From Octopus vulgaris (taxonomy: Eukaryota): 64,000 bases of DNA. The stretch lies in assembly GCA_951406725.2 (NCBI GenBank), contig OX597827.1:84382001-84446000 (forward strand), in the 5' to 3' direction. Positions 14,244 to 26,939 of the stretch are shown here, piece by piece. A program made the position numbers and the translations under genes. The notes below the pieces were generated by a model. It saw nothing but the letters and a program-made list of their open reading frames with translations. It had not been told where the DNA came from and did not search any database. Numbering within the stretch: position 1 is the stretch's first letter; the number at the start of each line of letters is the position of its first letter.

Positions 14244-15190
14244 CCCTGGTGTTCCAAAATTAAGGCAGCCAACTTTTTCAATTTTGTGAAAGCAAAATAT
14301 TGTTATATTTCGGATCCGAGCGTTGCAATGCAATGGTAAAGGAAGCACAATTATGACAGAACAGCATTTGTTCGATATGACCACCACCTCTGTTTCGAAT
14401 CACAACTTTAAGCCTAGGCGCGAATGCTTCACACGCGACACGCAGCTGTTCTTGCGGAATTGAAACCCATTCCTGGCGCAGTTTTGCCTTCAGAGCGTCG
14501 AGTGAAGAATGAGGAGTGCTCAAGACTCTCATCTCCAAAATGGACCAAACAAAAATCCAACAGGTTGAGATTAGGGCTTCATAAGGGTCATACATCCTTG
14601 CCTACGAACGACGGAATGTTTTTCTGATTCCAGTGTTGTGTCTATTTGGAATTGTGAGAGTATTCCAAGTCCTGTTGAAGGTTCCAAGGTGTACCCTGAA
14701 GTGATCATTCGCCCATGGAAGCAGCTCAGCTTCCATAATGTATTGCTGGGCGTTAATTTTAACACCCGAGCGAAACCCTTTCAGTGGTTGTCATAACCAC
14801 CCAAACCATAACTGACTGTGGATTTTGACGGAGCCAGATACACTCCAGTGTCAGTCATTCTGGTGATTTACTGTCGGTTCGATGTCAAATTTCTTTTCAT
14901 CAATGAACACCAGGTTGGCCAGTGTGCCTTCAGCAATCTGACGCAGGATTAGACGATTTCTCTGTAGTCTCATGACATCATAAACTTGCGTGAGCTTATG
15001 ATTACAGATCAACTTGTAGGGGTGGGTCCTGAGATCCTCCTTCAGCACTCGATACATCGATGTTCGGCTTACTTTTGCTGTGGCAGCCACTTTTCTGGCG
15101 GAACGACGAGGATTTCACCCTATCTTTTCTCTGATACTTTTGATAAGCAGAGGGGTCCGCACGCTTCTTTTTCGGCCACGTCCAAGTTGA
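14244..15190 (-). mobile_element. Truncated Tc1/mariner-superfamily transposon of DD37D (maT) type
   Basis: GRGRKRSVRTP, LVFIDEKKF, LQQD (14669-14671) and SPNLNLLDF (D at 14555-14557): 114 nt apart = 37 intervening residues. C-terminus LKAKLRQEW...GGGHIEQ. Confidence 0.85.
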
Positions 15191-15299
15191 TCAGCAATAC
15201 CACTAAGCATTTTGCCCGGCCTGCTAACAATTCTACCAGCTGGCCGCCTTTTAAATAATAATAATGATGATGATGATGATAATGATTATGATGATAATA

Positions 15300-15545
15300 A
15301 AGGCACAAAGCCTAAAAATTGCGTCGGGAGGAATCGGGTCGATTGCACCAACCTCACTGCTCAGCTAATTGTTTATGTTATCAACTCCGAAAAGATGACT
15401 AGTAAAATGGATCTCATTGGAATTTGAACTCAGAACGGAAAGCGCCAGAAGACATGCTGCTAAGTATCTTGTCCGGCATGTTAACGATTCTGCCTGCAAT
15501 CAGTTCAATTTCTTTATTGCCCACAAGGGGCCAATAGAGAGGGAG
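15300..15545 (-). mobile_element. SINE family B copy with LINE-derived tail fragment
   Basis: ggaatttgaactcagaacg B-box region; tail fragment ccccttgtgggcaataaagaaa on the minus strand. Confidence 0.7.
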
Positions 15546-15568
15546 CCAGCATTTAGTTCGATACACAT

Positions 15569-15626
<58 letters not shown>

Positions 15627-16721
15627 GAAAGAAAGTGAGAAGAATGCCATTTGCTTCTAACAGGACTTTTGTTCTTTCAGTCGTTCTCTTGTCCTTTCAC
15701 TGTGACGTCATGTGTTTCAAGGAATCTCATTGGTCGAAACAACATTTGCTTCGCATTCATTTCCGGTCGATTATTGACAGGAAAGACTAGCAACACCGGA
15801 AAAGGTTCGGCCAATATTTAGACAGGTTCAAATTCTGGAGGAGTAGGTTCGGGTCGAGTCTATATTGGAGTGGTGGCTGGTTAGGGTAGGGGTAATTTAC
15901 CTCCCCACCCAACTTCTTGTTATCTCAGAAATATCGGAGCAGCTTACTGTTTAGTTTTCTTTAGGACCTCACACATAAACACACGTTCATCTCTAATCAC
16001 TCACATATCTACACACGCACACACACAGCCACACACGAAGGTAGTGAAGCATTCCTACTCACACATGTAAACACACACACATCAATGTATTGACATGTGG
16101 GACTTCGTTTGTAAGTTGGGATTTTAGTGTGTACAAGCACATACATACATACACATCTCTATACACATATACACATAAACGCATAAACACACACACTCGT
16201 GTGTGTGAGTAGATGTTTGTTCTGGTTAAACACACCGTTTTCTTTGTCTACATCACCGAGACATCGTCTCGCTCCCTTGACTCCTGCTGGCTTTTCTAAA
16301 TGGACTTACGCACACACACACACACACACGCGTACGCAGTTACATAGATATATGTGAGCGTCTAATGCCCCTTTAGCTCGTTGTTAAGAACCACTACTCA
16401 GGTTTCCCTACGAGAGAGGAACGGAAACCGATGTGCAACCCCTAGGGAGTATTAATCTAACGTATGCCAGCCACTTCTGGCATCTTCAAGAGATGTCATT
16501 CTATTTCCGGGTGGGAGTCTCTTTTTTCCACTGCCAATATTAATTGGTTTTACCCCCAAATTATTTCGGGTGTTTACCGTGTCGAGATATTTTAATCATT
16601 GTCAAAAGACATATCGTTTCACAGTGGACCCTTCTTTATTTACTGTCAACGACAAACAGAAGCTTCAACTAAATATTGTTTATATGAAGTGATAATATCT
16701 GAGAAAGGGCGCCATATACGA

Positions 16722-16767
<46 letters not shown>

Positions 16768-17260
16768 CCTTTATCCCTCTCACCCTCTCCCTTTCTCTTT
16801 TAATTCTGTATTATTGAACATATTGTTACTTATCTAAAAATACTTTATTAAAGAATGCAGCTATAAAAAACTAGGAATGGCTTCTCTATGAGAAGGCCTG
16901 TGGTTGTTCTGTATTACTGGGTAAAGACGAAGTGTAGGTCGATCAAACCGAGACAACCTCCAAATTCTATCTATCGTAGATATTTCTGAAGAATAAAATC
17001 AGAAACTAGCGAATGCATTCAAAGCCGTAAATTCCTTGGATTTGTGATTCAGCATCGAAGATTACGAGTCAGCAACTTGCATGGGTTTTTTTGGCGGGTG
17101 GGAAGGGGGGAAGTTTTTTGACACCAGTTCCTTTCTGTAATTTTTCAGTTTTTACATTTTTGGGAAAAACTTATCAGATTTATTTTAAGAAGTTAAACCT
17201 TGTTTTAAAGAAGCAGCTGTTTTATGACATCTGAAAAGAAAAAGTCATTTCAAAAGATTT

Positions 17261-17329
<69 letters not shown>

Positions 17330-17332
<3 letters not shown>

Positions 17333-18060
17333 AATCATTAGCACGCCCGGCGAAATGCTTCGCAGTATTTGGTCTGCTGCTACGTTCTGAGTTCAAATTC
17401 CGCTGAGGTCGACTTTGCCTTTCATCCTTTCGGGGTCGATGAATTAAGTACCAGTTGCGTACTGGGATCGATCTAATTGACTGGCTCCTTCCCCAAAAGT
17501 TTCGGGCCTTGTGCCTAGATTAGAAAAGGGTATTTCGTCTGCCACTACGTTCTGAGTTCAAATACTGCCGTGGTCGACTTTGCCTTTCATCCTTTCGGGG
17601 TCGATGAAATATGTACCAGTTACGCACTGGGATTGATGTAATCGACTAACCCCCTTCCCACCAACATTTTCAAGGCCTTGTGCCTAGAATAGAAATAATA
17701 ATAATAATTATTATTATTAAGGCGGCGAGCTGGCAGAATCGTTAGCGCACCGGATGGAATGCTTAGCAGCATTTTGGCTGTCTTTACGTTCTGAGTTCAA
17801 ATTCCGCCGAGGTTGACTTTGCCTTTTATTATTTCGGGAGCGATAAATTAAGTACCAATGAAATACTGGGCTCGATATGATCGACTAGTCCCTTTCCCAC
17901 CAAAATTTCAGGCCTTGTGCCTATAGTAGAAAGGATTATTATTATTATTATTATAACGTTTAAACTGTTAGAATTGTTAGCGCGTCGGACAAAATTCCTA
18001 ACGTATCTCTTCTGACTCTTTCCATTCTCAGTTCAAATTCTAGCCTCCCCTAAAATTGCT
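17330..18060 (+). mobile_element. Tandem cluster of 3-4 tRNA-headed SINEs (family B, Meta-domain-like) separated by (ATT)n
   Basis: Repeated ggcggcgagctggcagaatcgttagc...gttctgagttcaaattccgccgaggtcgactttgcctttcatcctttcggggtcgat; B-box GAGTTCAAATTCC. Confidence 0.88.
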
Positions 18061-18079
18061 GGTTTTGTTGGAGACAAGG

Positions 18080-19046
18080 TGTCAGCTGTCTGCAATCATT
18101 GGAACCTCGGGAACCCTGCGGCGCAGAGTTCCTTGCACTTTCCTGCCAATGCTTTAGCTTCGCATTCAATCCCATCTTTTCAATCCAGTTTCTAAGTTAT
18201 AAATACTTATAAACACCAAAGACTCCAACTCTTTTTTATCTCCCACTTCCACTCATCACAACACCTGACCTGCTTCTCCTCTTCCCGATACTCTCTCATC
18301 CCACCACCATGCAATAATTAAACAAGTTTTTCTCCCTCTTTCTTCACAACCACCATATCTGGCTTTCGAGGTTCAATCTCTTGTTCACATTGGATCATTA
18401 CATCCCACAACTGCTACTCTCAGTTACTCCTTCTGCGCTTTGCCCATTCCACATCTTCGCTCTATCCAATCCACACTTGCCATACACCTTCCAGTAAATC
18501 ATTCTGGCAACACTGTCGTATCTCCTTCTGCTTTCTTTTTCGACCAACTTCACAATATGTCATACAATCTCACACATATCCCTCTACAACCGGCATTTCT
18601 CACTCTCTGCAGTCCTCTCACTCCCGCCTTTCCTATATTTCGTCCTAAGTATTGTTTCTGCGCAGCAGCAATGAATGCCCTTTTTTCCCATCAGCACCTG
18701 TATTTCCGCTCACCCCTTTCACAAACTGTCCATACATTTTATTTCCATTCCATTCTTTCATCTTCCTTGCTCTTTCTTCTTTTCTTTTCCTCTGACCCAA
18801 TATAACTATCTGTCTCACCTGAACCAGCAAACTCTTGATATACCACTTTAATCTATTTTCTTCTGATCATAAACAGCTTTCACAGCTGATTAGCTCTCGC
18901 CCACCTTTATTCTTAGCTAGGCATAGCCTCTCTATATTTCTGTTGAGGTGGAATGCTCCATGCATTATGGGTAATTTTTTCGATTTTCAGTCAGGTTTTT
19001 GTAACTCTTCTTTCCTCCAATGGTTAATACCTACAACATACCTCAG
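18080..19046 (-). mobile_element. Degenerate R4/Dong-like LINE 3' part (zinc knuckle + restriction-like endonuclease)
   Basis: Minus-strand translations MHGAFH...ERLCLAKNKGGRELIS, MYGQF and LWDVMIQCEQEIEPRKPDMVVV (RLE RPD motif). Confidence 0.8.
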
Positions 19047-19091
<45 letters not shown>

Positions 19092-19092
<1 letters not shown>

Positions 19093-19627
19093 TAAGGGAT
19101 ATTAGCCAACTGAATATGGCTAGGGACAGGGCAGGGTGGTGGGGGTGTCACTGTTGCATTTAGCCCCAGGCGAACATCAACGTCACCAGATAGGCCGACG
19201 CCATCACGGCGTCCTCTATCTTGCAAAGGGAGATCATTCCCCAAGAAGCGGATACCACACACGGACCTAGGTTTCAAGGTGTATTGCCTATTATCAACGT
19301 GTGGTAGGCACCGCTTCTCGACGAACGACCAACCGTGCAAGATATATATAAAGATTTTCAAGTAAATACATTTACTGATTTCGAAAATCTGTTCGACAGC
19401 AATAATAATTCTCTAAATGAGATATAGACAGTGACTGCTCCATAATATAAGGGATATTAGCCAACTGAATATGGGTCGGCCTATCTGGTGACGTTGATGT
19501 TCGCCTGGGGCTAAATGCAACAGTGACATCCCCACCACCCTGCCCTGTCCCTAGCCATATTCAGTTGGCTAATATCCCTTATATTATGGAGCAGTCACTG
19601 TCTATATCTCATTTAGAGAATTATTAT

Positions 19628-19630
<3 letters not shown>
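19092..19630. repeat. (TA)n-flanked element with direct and inverted internal duplications
   Basis: 19092-19199 is inverted at about 19475-19583; 19399-19474 is inverted at about 19556-19630; tataagggatattagccaactgaatatgg occurs twice in direct orientation. Confidence 0.9.
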
Positions 19631-19680
<50 letters not shown>

Positions 19681-19860
19681 ATAAGAGTAAATAATTTCTA
19701 TAAAGGCTTTTAAAAAAACCCCAATTATTTACTGGTAGAATTTGGTATGTAAATATAGCCGATTACCGGCAGGAACTTCTGTAAAGTTCAGTATATATAT
19801 TGTATATAAGAAAAAGGGACAGGCAAACAGGTTGCTTGACCGCATACCGAAAAAATAGAA

Positions 19861-19925
19861 ATAGCAGTCAAGAATGCTTATTTCTATCAAAGTTCAACTT
19901 TGATAGAAATAAGCATTCTTGACTG

Positions 19926-19929
<4 letters not shown>
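19861..19929. repeat. Perfect palindrome, 34-bp arms with 1-nt spacer
   Basis: atagcagtcaagaatgcttatttctatcaaagtt-c-aactttgatagaaataagcattcttgactgctat, abutting (TA)n. Confidence 0.95.
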
Positions 19930-19960
<31 letters not shown>

Positions 19961-20285
19961 CATACACACATACATACATACATACATACATACATACATA
20001 CATACATACATACATACATACATACATACATACATACATACATACATACACACACATATATATATATATATGAAACCCTACAAGTGGATAGAGTCCGTAA
20101 GAGAGCATACCTATTGAGTAAGTTTCATGGTTAATTCCATAATTAATCAAACAAATGAGCTGAACAAAAGCGAGATGTAGAGGTGTCAGGTCAGGGAATT
20201 TATTTGATGACTATTTAATTAGATAGGAAATTAGCCAGAAAACCCATTGACATCGTAGGCTCTGTCGCTAACCTTGAGCTAGTGT

Positions 20286-20320
<35 letters not shown>

Positions 20321-20339
20321 GCATAGGCACAAACGTAAC

Positions 20340-20397
<58 letters not shown>

Positions 20398-20460
20398 TAA
20401 ATGCTATCTAATATGTTGTTGGATTCGTCATCAGCAAGGTTTTATCTCACTTGTTTATAT

Positions 20461-20557
20461 GTTTAAAATTTTACCTGAAGATGGTGGCTTATGTTAGGAT
20501 GTAATCTATGAATGCATTAATAAAATTCCACCGAAACAGCTGTAGTAAATTTTAAAC
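20461..20557 (+). ncRNA. Type I hammerhead ribozyme (Penelope-associated minimal type)
   Basis: Stem I gtttaaaattttac/gtaaattttaaac; CTGAAGA at 20475-20481; stem II ggtgg/ccacc; GAAAC-AGCT-GTA; predicted cleavage after 20544. Confidence 0.8.
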
Positions 20558-20571
20558 CCCATTCATTATTT

Positions 20572-20605
<34 letters not shown>

Positions 20606-23249
20606 CACTCACACTTATATATTATAAATGTATAATATGTATAATAATATATATTGGGGTGTTTAGTTGTCTCGAACCTAGAGTTGTCCTTCCTCCTTTG
20701 TTATGCTAATAGAGGGGAGATGGCCACAGCTAGAACGTTTTTGATGATAACCATCGGGTTAAACAACTCAAACAATACCGCAATGAATAGGGCAGGGGCA
20801 GGCATGTGTATAGTCGCCTCAATCCATTGCACCCCAACCCTTTCCCCCTGTTCCATCAATATTCATATTTTCTGAGAAATTATTTTTTAACTCAACAAAT
20901 ACATCATGTCGACATCTACTTGTTATTGTTGCTGATGTTGATGTCACTAAAACATTATTAATACCCATTCAGGGGGGGGGATTGTTGTTGTTGTTGATCA
21001 ACACTTAATATATCACAAATTTTGATTTGTTTCTGCTCGTCACTTGGTGATGACGCTCATGATGATGACCATGATGATGATGGTGATGAATAATAGTTGT
21101 GATGATGATGATGCTGGTGATATTAATTATTCTGCCATTGATTAACCTTCCTGTTCCTCCCTTCTCTCTCCCCCTCCTCTTCCCTCAGTCACTGGTCTCA
21201 CCCACAGTGGCTCCATCTATGTGCCATAATCCTCATTACGATCAATTACAAACAAACGTATTTGTCTCTCATCATTCTCAGCTCCTTCATCCAGCACCTC
21301 CTCCCCCACCGCCTCTCCACCGCATTCATCTTCGGCCGTCATATCATGCCAGAGTTATAACGGTGCTGATATATTGGCAGAATCGGTAGAGCAGAAAAAA
21401 AAAGTCTTCTGTTCATGTTCAACCATTTTACATTCTGAGTTCGAATCTCGCCAAAGTCATCTTTCTCTTTTAGCCTTTGGGCTTTGCTATTATAGATTAC
21501 CAGTCGCATACTCGGCTCTGTTTCATCGACTTCCTCCTCTTCAATGCTTGAGATATTTTTACGATTTAGCCTTCACTGAAAGCCACCACATCACCGTTTA
21601 TCATTGCAAGTTCATCTTGAAATAACGGGTTCTCTACGTGACCTCCCTCCCTTGTTAGAAATAGTGATCCAAATCTCCCTCAATTCCCACCTCCAACTCT
21701 CTTAAACACGGGTAAGACACATTCTTAAAATGGACCACTATATTCTGAAGATGTCTCGATTGTCACGGCAGGAATGCTTTTGTTTAATGATGTTCATTCT
21801 GTCAGGGTTAGTGTTAACCCCCTCCCCAGTCCCTCCCTCTCCACTATCACCATCTCCCCCTCACTATCATCCATTCTCGCATCTTCACAATATCTCTCCT
21901 CTCCACTCCTCCTCTCTCGCCTTTAAACTCTGCCTGCTTTAGTTCGAACCAATAGTAACACGAATCAGACTCAAAATAGCAACCATCTTCCCTCAAATTA
22001 TAACCTACTCTTTTGGAAATAGGGGGGGGGGGCACATTGCCTAATATACTCCTAGATGTACAATGCCTGAAAACTGATGGTCACGGCTGATTTGTCTTCA
22101 ATCATAAATGTGCTTAGTTAGGACTGGCCTTGGGTTAAACAATAAAAAGATAACAGTTGTAGCACCGTGGCAGCACATCAATATGAACGCCATAAAGCGG
22201 CACCCAAAGCACCCCTCCCCGACATAATGAACACTCAAAGTACCCGTACCTCCAACATACACAAGGCAGCATTAAGATAATTATCCTCTTGCGTTTAGAT
22301 TATCGCTGACCCTACTTGAAATTGAACTTAGAACCGTGAGATTTGAAGTGAGATATCGTTCTCCATCCTTTTCCCCACAATCTACTACTCTACCCTTACT
22401 ACCCCCTACTGTTCAATCCAAATTGAGGTAATTTAATATTTCTGTGAGGGTTCGGTGCTCTTATCTGTCTGTCTGTCTGTCGACCTCCTCCCCTCTCAGT
22501 ACACACGCGTGCGCGCACACACTATTCTTTCCCCACTATTCTTTGATCTCTGCCAGCCGACTAAGTTAGTGGCCTCCAGCCTATGACATACACACGCCCG
22601 GCCCCCAGGGACCGCACCGAGCAATGATTGGGCTTCATTAGATAATACAATTCGGGAACAGGTGCCCCTGAACCGATTAGAAAGGAAAGCTTAATGAGAG
22701 GAGGGGGGGAGAAGCGAACAGTCTCGAGGTCACGTGACACAACAGCAGTCTGTTTTGTTGTTGTTACTCATGTATGTTGTTGAGTACACTTATTATCATA
22801 GTTATTCTAGCCGTGACCACCCCGTCTCTGTTGTGACCACGACTATATAATGATACGAATGTGTATGAAGGACATTTGACTGCTGTTTCTAGCTGACCAA
22901 GTGACTAGTAATTGACCGCCTTCTCCCTCCCCCATTCCATTGTCTCCTTATAAGGAAAAAGTGAAGGTTTTGCCTTGTTGTTGTTTAACCCTAGGTCAGC
23001 TCCGATCAGACGTTCCAGCCATGACCGTTCTTGCTTATTCGACTCAAAATATCCTGGATTACGTTTACCCATATGTTCCAGCTTCAATTAACGTTTGAGG
23101 GAGATTAGGTTGCTATTTCTAGTGGGCTGGGTAACAACCGAAGTGCTTTTTTTCGCTGTTGCTCCTACTCTGCCTACGCCTCCCCATTAATAACAGGATG
23201 TTGTGTTTCAAACCCCGACCCCCAACCAATTTAGATAACATTGTAACTC

Positions 23250-23269
23250 CCACCACCACCACCACCACC

Positions 23270-23356
<87 letters not shown>

Positions 23357-23394
23357 GCCGCCACCACCACCACCACCACCACCACCACCACCAC
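23250..23394. repeat. Compound (CCA)n-(CCG)n-(CCA)n trinucleotide repeat
   Basis: Directly visible. Confidence 0.95.
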
Positions 23395-23564
23395 ATGCAC
23401 TTCATACACCCACCACAGAATGTCTGTGTATGCGTGTGTTTATATGTATGTAAATGTCTATGTATGTGTGTGTATATATATATATATTTATATGTGGGGT
23501 TGTATACACACGCGTCAGTACATATAAACACACACACACACACACATGAAAACAAACACATGAA

Positions 23565-23690
23565 CAGGCATGGCTGTGTGGTAAGAAGCTCGCTTCCCAA
23601 CCTCGTGATTCCGGGTTCAGTCCCACTGCGTGGTATCTTGGGCAAGTGTCTTCCTCTATAACCTCGGGTTGACAAAAGTCTTGTGAGCGC
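23565..23690 (+). mobile_element. SINE family A, 3'-truncated
   Basis: ggcatggctgtgtggtaagaagc...ccgggttcagtcccactgcgtgg; tRNA-like A and B boxes. Confidence 0.8.
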
Positions 23691-24021
23691 AAAACAGGTT
23701 CCTAGGAGAAGGTCACTCTGATATAAAACCAGATATGCAGGGAATGGCACTGAACATTTTCGGGATCTTTTGTCCGTGCTTGACATTATCATGTTCCCGC
23801 ATTCCTGAGCCTTCGCACCCATATGGACACAGGATATCTAGCTCTGGCTCCGTTGGGTGGAGAGAGTGAGATACACAACATGGACTCAGTTCCTACAAAC
23901 AGCCTAACCATTAAAGAAATACCATTGAGGTTCTCAGCTGAGTCTTACCGCTCGTCACCTCGGCCCAACGTCTTCTATAGGTTTAGCTTCACCAATATAT
24001 TGGGCCTGGGTTTGGTAGTAG

Positions 24022-24066
<45 letters not shown>

Positions 24067-24759
24067 TGTGTGTGTGCAGAAGGGTGCGTATGTGTATTTT
24101 ATTCCATATCTTACGTTTTTAGTTATGTTATTGTTTTATATATATTTTTTTCTCTCAGCGGTTGCCCTTGTTAAGGTTATCTCTCTTCGATATCTTCTAC
24201 TAAGGAAGATTACGGAGCCAAAAATGCATCTAGGAGGCCGAGAGAAGGCGCCACTGTGCTGATAAAAGTGTGTTTACACTTACAACAAGCGAGAATGTTT
24301 TTCTCCTCGGTAAACTTCTCCTCGGTGAAGTTGCCTTCAGAAGTTAAAATATGTCCCAAGCGTATTTGAACTAATCGCGCTACAACGAATGTATTTGCTG
24401 TGATTCGATCGCATGTCAGTCATTAGTCTTGGCTGTTCCATTGCAAAGCTACGGGTTTCCAGTCAGCTCGGAGTTATCTACTCGGAGTATTTACTACTGA
24501 GGAAGGTTAAGGAATCCATGAGAGGTATTTTTCATCCTTCCGAGGCCGATGAAATTAAGTACCAGTCAAATACTGGGCTCAATGTAATCGGCTTAACCCT
24601 TTACCCTCAAAATTGCTGTCCTTGAGTCAAAATTAGAAAGAATTATTATTATTATTATCATTTTAACAAAATACGTAACTATGAAATAGATTCTCGTTCT
24701 TTGAAAGAAAAAGTAGAGAAAAACTAGTCGAACTAATGAATGAAGAAGTATCAAATATT

Positions 24760-25150
24760 CTTTTCTACTCTGGGCCCGAAATGTTGTGGGGAGGGAGCCA
24801 GGGTATTATATCGACCCCAGTACGCAACTGAGACTTAATTTATCGACCCCGAAAGGATGAAAGACAAAGTTAACCTCGGCGGAATTTGAACTCGGAACGT
24901 AAAGACAGACTAAATACCTATTTCTTTACTACCCACAATGGGCTAAACACAGAGAGGACAAACAAGGACAGACAAACGGATTAAGTCGATTATATCGACG
25001 CCAGAGCGTAACTGGTACTTATTTAATCAACCCCGAAAGGATGAAAGGCAAAGTCGACCTCAGTGGAATTTGAACTCAGAACGTAGCGGCAGACGAAATA
25101 CGGCTACGCATTTCGCCCGGTGTGCTAACGTTTCTGCCAGCTCACCGCCT
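24760..25150 (-). mobile_element. Composite SINE family B (headed unit + LINE-like tail + headless unit)
   Basis: Two copies of the gttctgagttcaaattcc...gcctttcatcctttcgggg body joined by tttgtcctctctgtgtttagccc...gtaaagaaata. Confidence 0.85.
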
Positions 25151-25892
25151 TAGGAGCGACAAATATTGAAACCAAATCGTTTCCACCACCGCCCCAGTCG
25201 ATTGACCTTAACCTTAGGATGGACGGATCGTCCTTGTTTTCGGGTGGCACACTTGCTCTACCAATTGGGTCATGGTTGCCTTCGGTGGGATCAGGTTTCT
25301 GGTGGGGAGAATGAATCACTTCCTTAATCCCTCTCTCCCCACTAGTTCCAGAGACTCAGATTAAGGACCGTGAGTGCAATCGATCCCCTTGCGAGCAAAT
25401 CGTTAGATAAAATGGCGACTGAGAGAGGGTCTAAGCTGGAATGGCAGCTTCATTAAATGAGAGAGAGAGAGAAGGGGAATGATGTCGAGAGGGTGGCAGG
25501 GAGAAGGAAGGGGAGGGAGTAAATACAAGGGATGTTTAAATGAGAGAGCTGAACCAAGAAAAACACAACTACAGCAAACAGCAACAAAAACAAACAAATT
25601 TGGTTTAATTATTATGTAATGTGTGTGTGTGTGTGTGAAGGAGGAGGAGAGCAAAGAGGGGGAAGAGAAATGGTATCGGTATGAGATGGTGAAGTTGTTC
25701 AATCATAGATCGATACAGTTCCAATCAACTTCGTTTCCCCCTCCATTCCACTTTGTAAATGTTTATTTAGCTTCTTGTCTTAAGGCTGACACCAACCCCT
25801 CCCTCCCCCGCTTCGACTTGCGTTTCTTAAGACGCCAATCTACAGTCGATGTATTCTCTCTCTCTCTCTCTCTTCTTCCCCCAACAGCTCTT

Positions 25893-25944
<52 letters not shown>

Positions 25945-26666
25945 ATACGCATACATTCAGACTTCTCTTCCCCATCCACTAACTCTGACCTCTTTCCACC
26001 TTTCCTCCCTCCTACTCTGACCTCTATGTTTTTTCTTTCCAACCATCCCGTTTCTCAACTTCCACCTCTCCTACACTATCTCTTCTACTCTCACCATTCC
26101 CCACGCTCCTTTCCTCCCGCTTTCTACCAATCGTCATCTCTCATTTTCAATAAAACATTGAAAATCTGATGAAATTTAAATGGTGGTTTTGGATTTCGTT
26201 TGCAATTGGCGGTGGTGGTGGTGTCGAGGAGGAAAAGCAGGGTCCAGAACCCATTTTGTATGGTTGATGGGAGAAAGGGTGGACCAGGCGAAAGATGAAG
26301 ACAACCACACAATAACAGGAACATTCTCACTAAGTTCTGGTCAATCAACTCACTCATTAGTCTTTAGTCAAGTCATGAAGGTCATGGTAGGAGAGCTGAA
26401 AGTATTGAAACCAAGACCTCATAGTTTGAACCCTCCAACCACTTCTCTGGTGGGATGGGATTGGGGATGATCTGACCTCAAAACACTTTGACATCTCAGC
26501 CTCACCACCACCACCACCACCACCACCTCTCCATCACTGCTTCCTCACCCCACAACTGCTACCACCTCTCCATCCTTTACCCCCCCCACTAATCTCTACA
26601 GTTTTCTTGACAACTCACAATTTCCGTTGATTGGATTTAAGTAAACTCTTCACAGTTGTAGTGATG

Positions 26667-26722
<56 letters not shown>

Positions 26723-26858
26723 TATAATAGTAGTAATAGTGGTGGTGGCAGTAGTAGTAATGGTGGTAATAGTGATTGATAGTGGTGGTAGTAGTAGTAG
26801 TTGTGGTGATATACTAAAACACAACTACAACGCGACAGCGTTTGTGTATGCTTCATTG

Positions 26859-26905
<47 letters not shown>

Positions 26906-26939
26906 CCATGTGTATCTAGAATTGTGTACAAGTTCCCAG

